64,000 nucleotides of DNA from Candidatus Lloydbacteria bacterium RIFCSPHIGHO2_02_FULL_50_18 (GCA_001821395.1 MHLM01000004.1:32001-96000), one strand, 5' to 3'; shown: positions 36,254-45,442, counted from the stretch's first letter. Made by a program: numbers and translations. The notes: generated by a model from the letters alone, not told the origin.

Positions 36254-37240
36254 ATGGCCTCACCTGTCCACTTCGCTTTTCTGGTCAATTCATGCGAAAA
36301 TACCCTCATGGGAATGTTCACTAGTACGCGCCGCATCGTGAGAGCGGGATTCATTAATTTCTGGAGGAATGCTGTTGTCTCCTTATCGGCCATCTTTGTC
36401 ATGAGCATCGCGCTCTTTGTGGTTGGTTCCACGATCCTTTTTTCAAACTTTCTTGATTCAACCCTAGAGGAGATCAAGAACAAGGTTGATGTGAACGTAT
36501 ATTTTAATCCTGACGCGCAGGAATCCGATATCTTTTTGATGAAGCGCTCTCTCGAAGAGCTTCCGGAGGTCAAGTCGATAGAATATATTTCTCGCGATCA
36601 GGCAATCGCGAATTTCAAAGCACGTCACAGTAATGACTACCTTATGACTCAGGCACTCGATGAGCTGATCGATAATCCACTCGGGGCAATTTTGAACATC
36701 AAGGCGAAAGACACGTCTCAATATGAAGCGATCGCCAAGCGCATCAAGAGCGATCAGGAGACGGCCGGTCCCGGAGGGAATCTGATCTATAGTGTTAATT
36801 TCAGCAAGAACAAAGTGGTCATCGACAAATTGACCGATATCACGAATGGGGTTGAAAAAGTATCTTTTGCCATACTGCTCGTACTGATCGCAATCGCGAT
36901 CGTGATCACCTTCAATACAATCCGCTTGGCGATCTATGTTTCCCGCGAAGAGATCGCTATCATGCGTCTCGTCGGGGCCAATAATTCGTTCGTGCGAGGA
37001 CCGTTCATCGTCGAGGGCATCATGTACGGCATGGTTGCGGCGATCGTTGCGACCGCACTGCTTTATCCGGTGACACATTGGCTTCGTGATGCGACACAGA
37101 ATTTCTATGGCGGAGTCGACTTCTTCTTCTCCTATTACATCAATCATCTCAATCAGATCTTCGCCATTTTGCTGGTTGGCGGAGTGTTCCTAGGCGCAGT
37201 TTCATCGTTCCTTGCGGTGCGGAGATACTTAAAAGTTTAA
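36254..37240 (+). CDS. ftsX: cell division permease FtsX
   Basis: N-terminal cytoplasmic segment, TM1, large extracytoplasmic domain and three C-terminal TM helices. The true start is probably near 36308 (MGMFTSTRRIVRAG). Confidence 0.8.
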   Translation: MASPVHFAFLVNSCENTLMGMFTSTRRIVRAGFINFWRNAVVSLSAIFVMSIALFVVGSTILFSNFLDSTLEEIKNKVDVNVYFNPDAQESDIFLMKRSLEELPEVKSIEYISRDQAIANFKARHSNDYLMTQALDELIDNPLGAILNIKAKDTSQYEAIAKRIKSDQETAGPGGNLIYSVNFSKNKVVIDKLTDITNGVEKVSFAILLVLIAIAIVITFNTIRLAIYVSREEIAIMRLVGANNSFVRGPFIVEGIMYGMVAAIVATALLYPVTHWLRDATQNFYGGVDFFFSYYINHLNQIFAILLVGGVFLGAVSSFLAVRRYLKV

Positions 37241-37268
37241 TCAAAGCGGGACCTCCCGCTTTTTTAAT

Positions 37269-38933
37269 ATGGCAAAAGCGCACAAGTACATTTTCGTTGC
37301 AGGTGGGGTCATGAGCGGGGTGGGAAAGGGTGTCGCAACGTCTTCGATCGCACTTTTGCTTCAGGCGCGCGGGTTCAAGATCTCGCCCATAAAGATCGAT
37401 CCGTATCTGAACGTCGACGCGGGCACGATGAATCCCACTGAACACGGCGAAGTATTTGTCCTCAAGAGCGGACTCGAGACCGATCAAGACATGGGTTCCT
37501 ACGAACGTTTCTTGGGCAGAGACCTGAATACCGAGAACTATATGACGGGAGGACTCATTTACAAAACCGTTATCGACCGCGAGCGTGCACTCGGCTATGG
37601 AGGCCGCTGCGTTGAGCCGGTGCCGCACATCCCCGAAGAGGTGATCCGTCGTATTAAGGACGCAGGGGAGAAGGATAAGTCGGATATTACGATCGTTGAG
37701 ATCGGCGGCACGCTTGGAGAATATCAGAGCGTCATGTTCATCGAGGCGGCACGCACCTTGAAAATGGCGAATCCCGATGATGTGCTCTTTGTGCTTGTAA
37801 CCTATCTTCCTGTACCCGGCAAGCTGGGTGAAATGAAGACGAAGCCGACGCAGTATGCGGTACGCACAATGAATTCATACGGGGTGCAGCCGGATATCAT
37901 CATTGCCCGCGGTGAGGTGCCCGTTGATATGAAGCGTAAAGAGAAGATCGCGTCATCGTCGGGGATGCGCGTCGAGCAGGTCATTTCCGCGCCGGATGTC
38001 GATAGTGTGTATGATGTGCCGCTCAATTTTGAGGCGGATAATATCGCGACGATCGTCATGAAATTACTCAAGCTGAAGTCAAAGAAACCCGTCGATCTCG
38101 CTCCGTGGAAAGGCTTTGTGCGGAAGACAAAGAACACGAAGGGCGAAGTGCGTATCGGGATGGTGGGGAAATATTTTGCAACAGGCGATTTCGTTCTTGC
38201 CGACTCTTACCTCTCGGTCATTGAAGCGCTCAAGTATGCGGCATTTCATGCGGGAAAGAGGCCGGTCATCGACTGGATCGCTGCAACGGATTTTGAGGGA
38301 ACAAACGCGGCGAAGAATTGTGCAAAGCTTGCGCAGTATGACGGCATCGTTGTACCGGGAGGATTCGGCGCACGCGGTATTGAGGGTAAATTGAACGTCA
38401 TAAAATACGTGCGCACGCACAAGATCCCGTATTTCGGGCTTTGCTACGGTATGCAGCTTATGGTCGCAGAGTATGCGAGGAATGTCCTCGGACTGAAGGG
38501 GGCCATCACTACCGAGATCGATCCGAAGACGAAGTACCCCGTGGTCGCGGTCATGCCGGATCAGCAGGTGAAGCTCGATGCAGGTGACTATGGCGGCTCC
38601 ATGCGTCTCGGCTCGTACCCCGCTTATCTCAAGGAAGGAACCGTTGCACGCGGTGCATACAAAGCGGAGATGGTTCACGAGCGTCATCGTCATCGCTATG
38701 AAGTGAATCCGGAATACGTTGCTGCAATCGAAAAAGCAGGACTTGTTTTCTCGGGTATTTCGCCTGATGAAAAGTTGATGGAGATCGCCGAGCTTCCGAA
38801 GTTGAAGCATCCGTTCTTCCTTGGTACGCAATTCCACCCCGAGTTCACCGCACGACCGCTCACGTCACATCCGCTTTTTGATGCATTCATCAAGGCCTGC
38901 GTAAGCAGTCGGGCGACAAGCAAGAAGAAATAA
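37269..38933 (+). CDS. pyrG: CTP synthase
   Basis: N-terminal synthetase domain (KYIFVAGGVMSGVGKG) and a C-terminal class I glutamine amidotransferase domain with GLCYGMQ and the His/Glu dyad; 554 aa. Confidence 0.95.
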   Translation: MAKAHKYIFVAGGVMSGVGKGVATSSIALLLQARGFKISPIKIDPYLNVDAGTMNPTEHGEVFVLKSGLETDQDMGSYERFLGRDLNTENYMTGGLIYKTVIDRERALGYGGRCVEPVPHIPEEVIRRIKDAGEKDKSDITIVEIGGTLGEYQSVMFIEAARTLKMANPDDVLFVLVTYLPVPGKLGEMKTKPTQYAVRTMNSYGVQPDIIIARGEVPVDMKRKEKIASSSGMRVEQVISAPDVDSVYDVPLNFEADNIATIVMKLLKLKSKKPVDLAPWKGFVRKTKNTKGEVRIGMVGKYFATGDFVLADSYLSVIEALKYAAFHAGKRPVIDWIAATDFEGTNAAKNCAKLAQYDGIVVPGGFGARGIEGKLNVIKYVRTHKIPYFGLCYGMQLMVAEYARNVLGLKGAITTEIDPKTKYPVVAVMPDQQVKLDAGDYGGSMRLGSYPAYLKEGTVARGAYKAEMVHERHRHRYEVNPEYVAAIEKAGLVFSGISPDEKLMEIAELPKLKHPFFLGTQFHPEFTARPLTSHPLFDAFIKACVSSRATSKKK

Positions 38934-38934
38934 T

Positions 38935-39207
38935 ATGGCGCAAATAGTAAAAAAAATTCTCACTGAACATTTTGATCTCGTCGCAAATGGGAAGAAGAGA
39001 TACGAATTACGTTTGGGTGATTTTATCGCAAATGAAGGAGATGAATTGGTGCTGCAAGAATGGGATTCGAAGAGCGGGTCATATACGGGACGCGCAGTGA
39101 CGAAAAAAATAAATTTCGTTCGCAAGTTCTCACTTGAGGAGCTCTATCAGTTTTGGCCAAAAAAAGAGATCGAACAATACGGCATACAGATCCTTCAGCT
39201 TGATTGA
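38935..39207 (+). CDS. small ASCH/DUF3850-like (PUA-fold) protein
   Basis: 90 aa, ...FDLVANGKKRYELRLGDF...GDELVLQEW..., typical of DUF3850/ASCH mini-proteins. Its start is 2 nt after the pyrG stop and 28 nt before the Pif1 helicase. Confidence 0.45.
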   Translation: MAQIVKKILTEHFDLVANGKKRYELRLGDFIANEGDELVLQEWDSKSGSYTGRAVTKKINFVRKFSLEELYQFWPKKEIEQYGIQILQLD

Positions 39208-39234
39208 GTCCGCGAAAGCAGGTACGCTTGTGCA

Positions 39235-41130
39235 ATGATTCAAGAGACCGCTCTTACTATTATGAAAACGGGGGCGAATGTATTCCTCACGGGGGAGCCC
39301 GGGAGCGGTAAAACGCATACCGTAAACGCATATATCCGCTACCTCCGCGAGCACAACGTCAATCCTTCGATCACTGCTTCAACGGGTATCGCCGCGACGC
39401 ACGTCGGCGGGATGACCATTCATTCATGGAGCGGTATCGGCATCAAGCGTGCGCTCACCGAATATGACCTCGATGCGCTGTCCTCGAACGAAGGACTTGT
39501 GAAGCGTATCGCCAATGCAAAGGTGCTTATCATCGATGAGATATCGATGCTCGACGGCAACACGCTGGTCATGGTGGAGGCGGTCACGCGAACGCTTCGT
39601 CGCAAGCACGAGCCTTTCGGCGGACTGCAGATAATTTTCGTCGGCGATTTCTTTCAGCTGCCTCCCATCGCGGACCGGGCAAGCGGTGTTCGTGCGCAGT
39701 TTTGTTTCGAATCAACAGCATGGCGAGTGGCGAATCCCATAGTGTGCTATCTCTCCGAGCAGCACCGTCAGGAAGACACCGCGTTTCTCTCTACGCTTGG
39801 CGCCATTCGCCGCGGAGAGCTCGAGGATAGCGTCTTTGAATATATCGGCGAGAGGCACGTGCTCCCAGGTGAGCATCCACACGACATTCCGCAGCTCTAT
39901 ACGCACAACATTGATGTCGACAAAAAGAATACGGAAGAGCTCGCAAAACTTGAAACGGAAGAAAAGGTCTTTCTCATGAGCACGAAGGGGACGAGCAATC
40001 GCGTGGAGCAGCTGATCAAGGGCTGTCTTTCACCCGAGGAACTGGTGTTGAAAGAAGGCGCATCGGTGATGTTCACCAAAAATAATTTTGAAAACGGCTA
40101 TGTGAACGGCACATTGGGGACGGTGGTGGGATTCGACGAGGACAATGGTTTTCCAATTGTTGAAACATCGGGCGGAGAAAATATTACCGCGCTTCCTTCC
40201 GAATGGGCCGTTGATGATTCTGGGAAAGTGCTCGCCACCATCACTCAGGTACCGCTCCGACTCGCGTGGGCTATTACCGTGCACAAGAGCCAGGGGATGA
40301 GCCTTGATGCCGCGACGATGGATCTCTCGCGCGCATTTGAATACGGGCAAGGGTATGTGGCACTCTCTCGTGTACGCGCATTCTCGGGATTGCACATCCT
40401 CGGCATCAATCAGCGCGCATTCGAGGTGCACCCTCTTGTGCTTGAGCGCGACCTCGCGTTTCACGAGCGTTCGGATGAAGCGGAGGCGGGGTTTCTCGAC
40501 ATGTCGGACGCCGACCTCCGGAAGTTACACGAGAACTTTTTACTCGCCATTGGAGGGAATCTGGCGAAAAAAGAAATCATTGCCAAGGCATTCGGTGTTC
40601 CAAAACTGAGTACGTATGAAGAAACGCTCGCGCTCCTCAGCCCCGGGATGACGCTCGCCGCGATTGCCAAGCGTCGGGACGTGACCGAGGGGACGATCGT
40701 GGGCCATATCGAAGAACTCGCGCTACTCGGAAAGCTCCCGTCGATAGACATCGCCGCCTTTGCCGAGCTTCCTGCGTCGGTGGTGAAGGAGATAACGCAA
40801 ACGATCGAGACGATCGGAGGAGAATTTCTCAAGCCGCTCTACCTTGAATTGGATGAACGTTATTCTTATGAAACGATCCGTCTTGTTCGATTCGGAGCGG
40901 GCATTGCTCCGAAGCAAAAAGACGCCGTCGTTGCGAAAAAAGAAAAGGTAAAAAAGGTGTCACATGAAAAACCCGCAAAGCTCGGAGCGAAGTGGGGAAA
41001 GGAAGAGGAAGAACGACTCACAAAAATGTTCAAAGAGGGAAAGAAGACGAAGGACATCGCACAGACACTTGAACGGCAGTCGGGGGGTATCCGTGCTCGT
41101 TTGAAGAAGCTGGGGCTGATAAAAAAATAG
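39235..41130 (+). CDS. Pif1-family (RecD-like SF1B) ATP-dependent DNA helicase with a C-terminal HTH-like tail
   Basis: Walker A GEPGSGKTH, the Pif1 signature ITASTGIAATHVGGMTIHSWSGIG, Walker B LIIDEISM, FQLPPI and AITVHKSQGMSLD; the C-terminal region is basic with an HTH_40-like shape. Confidence 0.8.
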   Translation: MIQETALTIMKTGANVFLTGEPGSGKTHTVNAYIRYLREHNVNPSITASTGIAATHVGGMTIHSWSGIGIKRALTEYDLDALSSNEGLVKRIANAKVLIIDEISMLDGNTLVMVEAVTRTLRRKHEPFGGLQIIFVGDFFQLPPIADRASGVRAQFCFESTAWRVANPIVCYLSEQHRQEDTAFLSTLGAIRRGELEDSVFEYIGERHVLPGEHPHDIPQLYTHNIDVDKKNTEELAKLETEEKVFLMSTKGTSNRVEQLIKGCLSPEELVLKEGASVMFTKNNFENGYVNGTLGTVVGFDEDNGFPIVETSGGENITALPSEWAVDDSGKVLATITQVPLRLAWAITVHKSQGMSLDAATMDLSRAFEYGQGYVALSRVRAFSGLHILGINQRAFEVHPLVLERDLAFHERSDEAEAGFLDMSDADLRKLHENFLLAIGGNLAKKEIIAKAFGVPKLSTYEETLALLSPGMTLAAIAKRRDVTEGTIVGHIEELALLGKLPSIDIAAFAELPASVVKEITQTIETIGGEFLKPLYLELDERYSYETIRLVRFGAGIAPKQKDAVVAKKEKVKKVSHEKPAKLGAKWGKEEEERLTKMFKEGKKTKDIAQTLERQSGGIRARLKKLGLIKK

Positions 41131-41186
41131 ACAAAAATTTGAAAGCGAGAGGTATTTGACAAGTGCGATAAACTACTGCAGGATTG
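41073..41186 (+). repeat. direct repeat L (helicase 3' end plus a promoter-like 34-mer)
   Basis: About 90% identical to 42906-43018. The 34-nt core GGTATTTGACAAGTGCGATAAACTACTGCAGGAT is 100% identical in both copies and contains TTGACA. Confidence 0.8.
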
Positions 41187-41220
41187 ACGGTAGACATACA
41201 TTTCATTGAAAGAAAATATC

Positions 41221-42831
41221 ATGAGAACAATCGGTTTTCTCAGAGCTTTCTTCTCCATCTTCAAGGAGATGCGCACCTCGTATCTCCCTCCGCTCATGGT
41301 ATACATGGCTGCGGGTGTTTCCGGGATTACTGCCATCGTTGGCACGTTCTACGTGAAGGAGCGACTCGGGCTTTCTGCGGAATTTCTGAGTGCGCTCGGT
41401 TTTTGGATTGGTTTGCCGTGGGTACTCAAGATGCCTATTGGTCACCTTGTCGATCTTCTGTGGCGGTGGAAAAGCGCATTCGTAATTCTCGGAGCAGGAT
41501 TGATTGCGTCGAGCCTCGGCATTATGGTCGGACTTCTTGGTTATACCGATGCGATGCGCGAAGTTGCCAGAGTGGAAGCGTGGTATGTCATCGCGGTTCT
41601 GCTTGCGCCGATCGGGTATGTGCTCCAAGATATCGTTGCGGATGCGATGACGGTCGAAGCAGTTCCGCGCATGAATCTTGACGGCACCGCGGTGAGCGAC
41701 GCCGATCTCAAGCTGATGCACACGACCATGCAGACACTTGGTCGCATTGCGATCATCGGCGGTGGTATCCTGGTATCTCTCGTAAATATCTTTCTGCTCA
41801 CTGGTGTTGGAGATCTTCCGCCGGCGGAAAAAGCGGCTACGTATCTTTTTGTATACCAGCTTGCCCTCGCCATCCCGATGATCTCAGTGCTCGGTGTCTT
41901 GCTTGCATCGGTGTTTCGTTGGAGTGACGTACGGACGCTCGTTGCGCAAGGAAAAACGAAAGCTGAGGCCCGGGCATTTCTCGATCGAGCATGTAAGGCT
42001 CCCGCGATAAACTGGGTGTTACTTGGTGGCGGGCTTGCGTTCGCAATTGCTGCCATTACGATCGGATTGAGCAAGATCGATGGAGGCCAGGAGATTGTTT
42101 TTGGTATCTCACTTCTTATCATTCTCTTCCTCATGAATCAACTCATGAAGGAGATCAGCAAGGAGGGTCGCAGGACGCTCATTGTCACGGCGCTCCTCAT
42201 TTTCGTCTATCGCGCGATGCCGGGAGTTGGACCGGGGATAGAGTGGTGGCAGATTGATGAATTGCACTTCGATCAGGAATTCTTTGCGAAGCTGTCATTC
42301 ATCGGCAGCACGCTCGTCCTCCTCGGGATGCTCGGTTTTCGTCGTTTTATTGCTGAGCGGTCTATGGCATATGTGCTCGGATTCCTGACGGTTGCGGGAA
42401 CGTTGCTGTCGCTTCCGACAATTGGCATGTATTACGGATTGCATGAGTGGACGGCCGCTATGACCGGAGGAGTCGTCGACGCACGCTTTATTGCGATCGT
42501 CGATACGGCAATTTCATCTCCTCTAGGGCAGGTCGCAATGATTCCCATGCTTGCGTGGATCGCAAACTCGGCACCGGAGCAGCTCAAGGCGACATTCTTT
42601 GCGGTCATGGCATCGTTTACGAACCTTGCACTCTCCGCGTCCAGCCTCGGAACGAAGTATTTGAATCAGGTCTTCGTGGTGACTCGTGAAGTGAGAGACG
42701 AAGCGACGAATGCCATCATTACACAGGCGAACTACGCTGAATTGGGAACCTTGCTCATCGTGGCAACCGCACTCGGATTCGTTGTGCCAATGCTTGCCGT
42801 TTGGCTTTTGCGAAAAAAGACCAGTTACTAA
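41221..42831 (+). CDS. multi-pass membrane transporter (MFS-like, about 12 TM; family uncertain)
   Basis: About 536 aa, highly hydrophobic with 11-12 predicted TM helices. Bracketed by direct repeats L and R and followed by a terminator at 42841-42867. Confidence 0.45.
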   Translation: MRTIGFLRAFFSIFKEMRTSYLPPLMVYMAAGVSGITAIVGTFYVKERLGLSAEFLSALGFWIGLPWVLKMPIGHLVDLLWRWKSAFVILGAGLIASSLGIMVGLLGYTDAMREVARVEAWYVIAVLLAPIGYVLQDIVADAMTVEAVPRMNLDGTAVSDADLKLMHTTMQTLGRIAIIGGGILVSLVNIFLLTGVGDLPPAEKAATYLFVYQLALAIPMISVLGVLLASVFRWSDVRTLVAQGKTKAEARAFLDRACKAPAINWVLLGGGLAFAIAAITIGLSKIDGGQEIVFGISLLIILFLMNQLMKEISKEGRRTLIVTALLIFVYRAMPGVGPGIEWWQIDELHFDQEFFAKLSFIGSTLVLLGMLGFRRFIAERSMAYVLGFLTVAGTLLSLPTIGMYYGLHEWTAAMTGGVVDARFIAIVDTAISSPLGQVAMIPMLAWIANSAPEQLKATFFAVMASFTNLALSASSLGTKYLNQVFVVTREVRDEATNAIITQANYAELGTLLIVATALGFVVPMLAVWLLRKKTSY

Positions 42832-42905
42832 GAAGTAACAAACCCGCGTTCGCGCGGGTTTTTTTGCGCTATTTTTCTCTTCCAATGGGTACCCTCGGAT
42901 TGCAA

Positions 42906-43018
42906 TGAACGCCAGTCGGGAGGTATTCGCTCTCGTTTGAAAAAGCTGGGGCTGATAAAAAAAAGACATACATTTGAAGGCAAGGAGGTATTTGACAAGT
43001 GCGATAAACTACTGCAGG
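42906..43018 (+). repeat. direct repeat R, including an in-frame pseudo-fragment of the helicase C-terminus
   Basis: Would encode NERQSGGIRSRLKKLGLIKK against LERQSGGIRARLKKLGLIKK in the helicase. Four of five nucleotide differences in that stretch are synonymous. The 34-nt promoter-like core is identical. Confidence 0.8.
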
Positions 43019-43063
43019 ATGAAACAAGATCGTTTTCTTTGACGAAACTCTAAGGAGTCTGTG

Positions 43064-44053
43064 ATGATCAAAGCATTTTTTGGAGACAAGAAGTGGTTCT
43101 GGTGGGCGTACGGCGGACTTGTGTTCTTGCTCTGTTCGCTCTATGCGCAGGTGCACATGACGGTGCTTTTGAATGACTGGTATGGACGCTTCTACGACAT
43201 GATGGGCGATGTGTCAGCGCACAATCTCGACCAATTCTGGAAAGAGTTGATGAATTTCTTTTACATTGCGATCCCATATTCAATCCTTGCCAGTATTACT
43301 GGGTATTTTACAAGGCACTATGGGTTTGCGTGGAGGGAGGCAATCACTATGAGCTACCTTCCTAAATGGCGGAATGTGAAAATTGAGATCGAGGGAGCAA
43401 GCCAGCGTATCCAAGAGGACGCATCGCGTTTTGCAAAGATCGTCGAGTCACTCGGACTTCAGGTTGCTCGTGCCGTCATGGTACTCATTGCATTCCTTCC
43501 TGTGCTTTGGACATTGAGTTCACATATTCCGCTTCCATATTTCGGGCCCGTAGCTGGTTCGCTGGTGTGGGTGGCGCTGTGCACAAGCTTGGGTGGCATG
43601 ACGATTTCTTGGTTCGTCGGATATTATCTTCCGAAGCTGCAGTATAACAATGACGTTGTCGAGGCGCGCTTTCGCAAGGAGCTCGTGTATGGCGAAGATG
43701 ATAAGCAAAATCACGCGTCGATTCCGACACTACTCGAGATGTTCACCAGCGTGCGACTCAACTATCGGCGACTGTTCCTGCATTACGGGTATTTTGATCT
43801 CTGGTCTAATTTGTACGGTCAGATTATGGTACTTGTGCCGTTCATGATCGCAGGGCCGAACCTCTTTCTCCCCGCAGGTACCACAGGATTGATCACACTT
43901 GGAGTGCTGATGAAGGTCAGTAATGCCTTTGATAAGGTGCATTCGAGCTTTTCGCTTTTCATCGACAATTGGACGACGGTGACGGAACTCAGGAGTATCT
44001 GGAGGCGCCTGCATGAGTTTGAGCGAAACATCGACAAGCATCAGATGACATAA
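43064..44053 (+). CDS. sbmA: SbmA/BacA family inner-membrane transporter (peptide/antibiotic uptake family)
   Basis: Matches SbmA at NDWYGRFYD (vs NAWYAPFYD), GASQRIQEDASRFA...LIAFLPVLWTLSSHI, RKELVYGEDD and NWTTVTELRSIWRRLHEFE. SD AAGGAG upstream. Confidence 0.85.
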   Translation: MIKAFFGDKKWFWWAYGGLVFLLCSLYAQVHMTVLLNDWYGRFYDMMGDVSAHNLDQFWKELMNFFYIAIPYSILASITGYFTRHYGFAWREAITMSYLPKWRNVKIEIEGASQRIQEDASRFAKIVESLGLQVARAVMVLIAFLPVLWTLSSHIPLPYFGPVAGSLVWVALCTSLGGMTISWFVGYYLPKLQYNNDVVEARFRKELVYGEDDKQNHASIPTLLEMFTSVRLNYRRLFLHYGYFDLWSNLYGQIMVLVPFMIAGPNLFLPAGTTGLITLGVLMKVSNAFDKVHSSFSLFIDNWTTVTELRSIWRRLHEFERNIDKHQMT

Positions 44054-44096
44054 GAAAAACACCGAAGACACAATTCCCGCTTCACGGCGGGGATTT

Positions 44097-44444
44097 TTAT
44101 TTGCACTTTGGTTTTTTGGCCAGCAGACTCGCGTCGACTGCGTCTTCAATCCAGATCGAAAGGAGGTCGGGGTTTTCCATAATTTCTTCAGGAAGCGTGA
44201 AATAGCTCAGCGTTACCTTTTTTCCTTTTGCTTTGTACACAAAAGGCGTGCTCCCATATTTTTCGTATTGCGATTGATTAACCCCATCAACTTTGAAATA
44301 GAGTACGCCATTTAGAACCAGCGCAAAGATGACCCCGTCTAAGTAAACACCATAGCCGCCAAACATGGCACACGAGGTAATGCCGGGAATATGACCCATC
44401 AGGTCATGCACGATAAAATCATGGAATTCACTATTGCGCTTCAT
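44097..44444 (-). CDS. TfoX/Sxy N-terminal domain protein (competence-associated)
   Basis: FGGYGVYLDGVIFALVLNGVLYFKVD matches the TfoX_N core; 115 aa. Confidence 0.6.
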   Translation of the reverse strand: MKRNSEFHDFIVHDLMGHIPGITSCAMFGGYGVYLDGVIFALVLNGVLYFKVDGVNQSQYEKYGSTPFVYKAKGKKVTLSYFTLPEEIMENPDLLSIWIEDAVDASLLAKKPKCK

Positions 44445-44445
44445 G

Positions 44446-44841
44446 TCACCGGTTCATCCACGTGATGGTGAGTTGAAGTATCGTTGCGAAGGAGACCCAG
44501 AGAAAATAGGGTATATTCACATACGCGACCCATCGTGCGATCGGGAATATCGCCCACATCGCCCATGCGAGGGTGATGAGCACGAGGATGATGTCGAGCG
44601 AAGCTAGGGGAAGGTTTTTGATCCCGAATTGGATCGGCGTGAAGGCGAGATTGAAGATGATGTTCAAAATAAACGGAAGCAGCACCGCAAAGGGGATGCG
44701 CTTTAAGTAAAAAAGATAGCCGACGTATCCGAATGAGCCGGCGATGATGAGGTAGAGCACACTCCACACGGGTCCGAATATCCAGGCGGGGGGCGCAAAG
44801 AAGGGCTTCACGAGGGCAGCATATGATTCGTATGTTTTCAT
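44446..44841 (-). CDS. tspO: TspO/MBR family tryptophan-rich sensory protein
   Basis: KPFFAPPAWIFGPVWSVLYLIIAGSFGY signature; five TM helices, Trp-rich. Confidence 0.75.
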   Translation of the reverse strand: MKTYESYAALVKPFFAPPAWIFGPVWSVLYLIIAGSFGYVGYLFYLKRIPFAVLLPFILNIIFNLAFTPIQFGIKNLPLASLDIILVLITLAWAMWAIFPIARWVAYVNIPYFLWVSFATILQLTITWMNR

Positions 44842-44941
44842 GATGATCTCATTATAATCCCATGATGACTTGAAAAATAGGGCGAATTGGCTATACTGAG
44901 CCGACTGTTCTAAGACGGTTTTGTTTTAGGCTTTATATCAT

Positions 44942-45014
44942 TGCGGGTTCGTCTAATGGTAGGACATCGCCCTCTGGAGGCGAGTATTGGGGTTCGAGTC
45001 CCTGACCCGCAGCA
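44942..45014 (+). tRNA. tRNA-Gln(CUG)
   Basis: U1-A72 acceptor (TGCGGGT/ACCCGCA), anticodon stem TCGCC/GGCGA with loop CTCTGGA, T-arm TGGGG-TTCGAGT-CCCTG, G73. Followed by hairpin GAAAACACCCC-ttttaat-GGGGGTGTTTTC. Confidence 0.85.
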
Positions 45015-45051
45015 AATGAAAACACCCCTTTTAATGGGGGTGTTTTCATTT

Positions 45052-45189
45052 GCGAGGAGAGGAAGCCATCTGCATGGCTTCCGGCAGGGACTCGAAGCCG
45101 TTCTCCCATATTTTCGAGACATTCTTATGTTGAGAAAATAGGAAACGGGTACTGACGCAGTAGGCGTCGAGATTCCCTGACCCGCAGCA
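45052..45189 (+). repeat. tRNA-3'-end mimic mini-element, instance 2 (downstream of tRNA-Gln), carrying module B
   Basis: Hairpin GGAAGCCAT-CTGC-ATGGCTTCC; CAGGGACTCGAA, the inverted copy of the tRNA-Gln T-loop/T-stem; module B at 45097-45171, about 97% identical to 1549-1625 in the opposite orientation; then ATTCCCTGACCCGCAGCA, the tRNA-Gln T-stem/acceptor 3' strand. Confidence 0.55.
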
Positions 45190-45234
45190 GCCGCACAAAA
45201 CCACTCTGTATGGAGTGGTTTTGTTTTGCGGTTG

Positions 45235-45442
45235 CTCGCGGGTCAGGGACTCGAAAGACGGAGGCGGTCTACGCCGCCACTTTCCTAAGTGCGGTGTCGC
45301 CGAGCGACATTGTTTTCTTATGAGTAAGCGAGTTAGAAAACAAGAAGTACTCTTGTGGTGCCGGGGTCGAGAGCACTTAGGCTTTTGGCTGCCTTGCGCC
45401 AAAATATTTAGTGACTCGTGATCAAGTTTGACCCGTAGACAT
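45235..45442 (+). repeat. second tRNA-Gln-derived mini-element with a different insert (module C)
   Basis: CTCGCGGGTCAGGGACTCGAA (inverted copy); an insert starting AGACGGAGGCG, as at 2217-2326 in reverse complement; a degenerate terminal copy TTTGACCCGTAGACA. Preceded by a long hairpin at 45175-45232 built from the tRNA-Gln 3' end and its complement. Confidence 0.4.

Noticed and set aside
36464-37147. 227-aa minus-strand ORF
   Set aside because: Antisense to ftsX.
38079-38837. 252-aa minus-strand ORF
   Set aside because: Antisense to pyrG.
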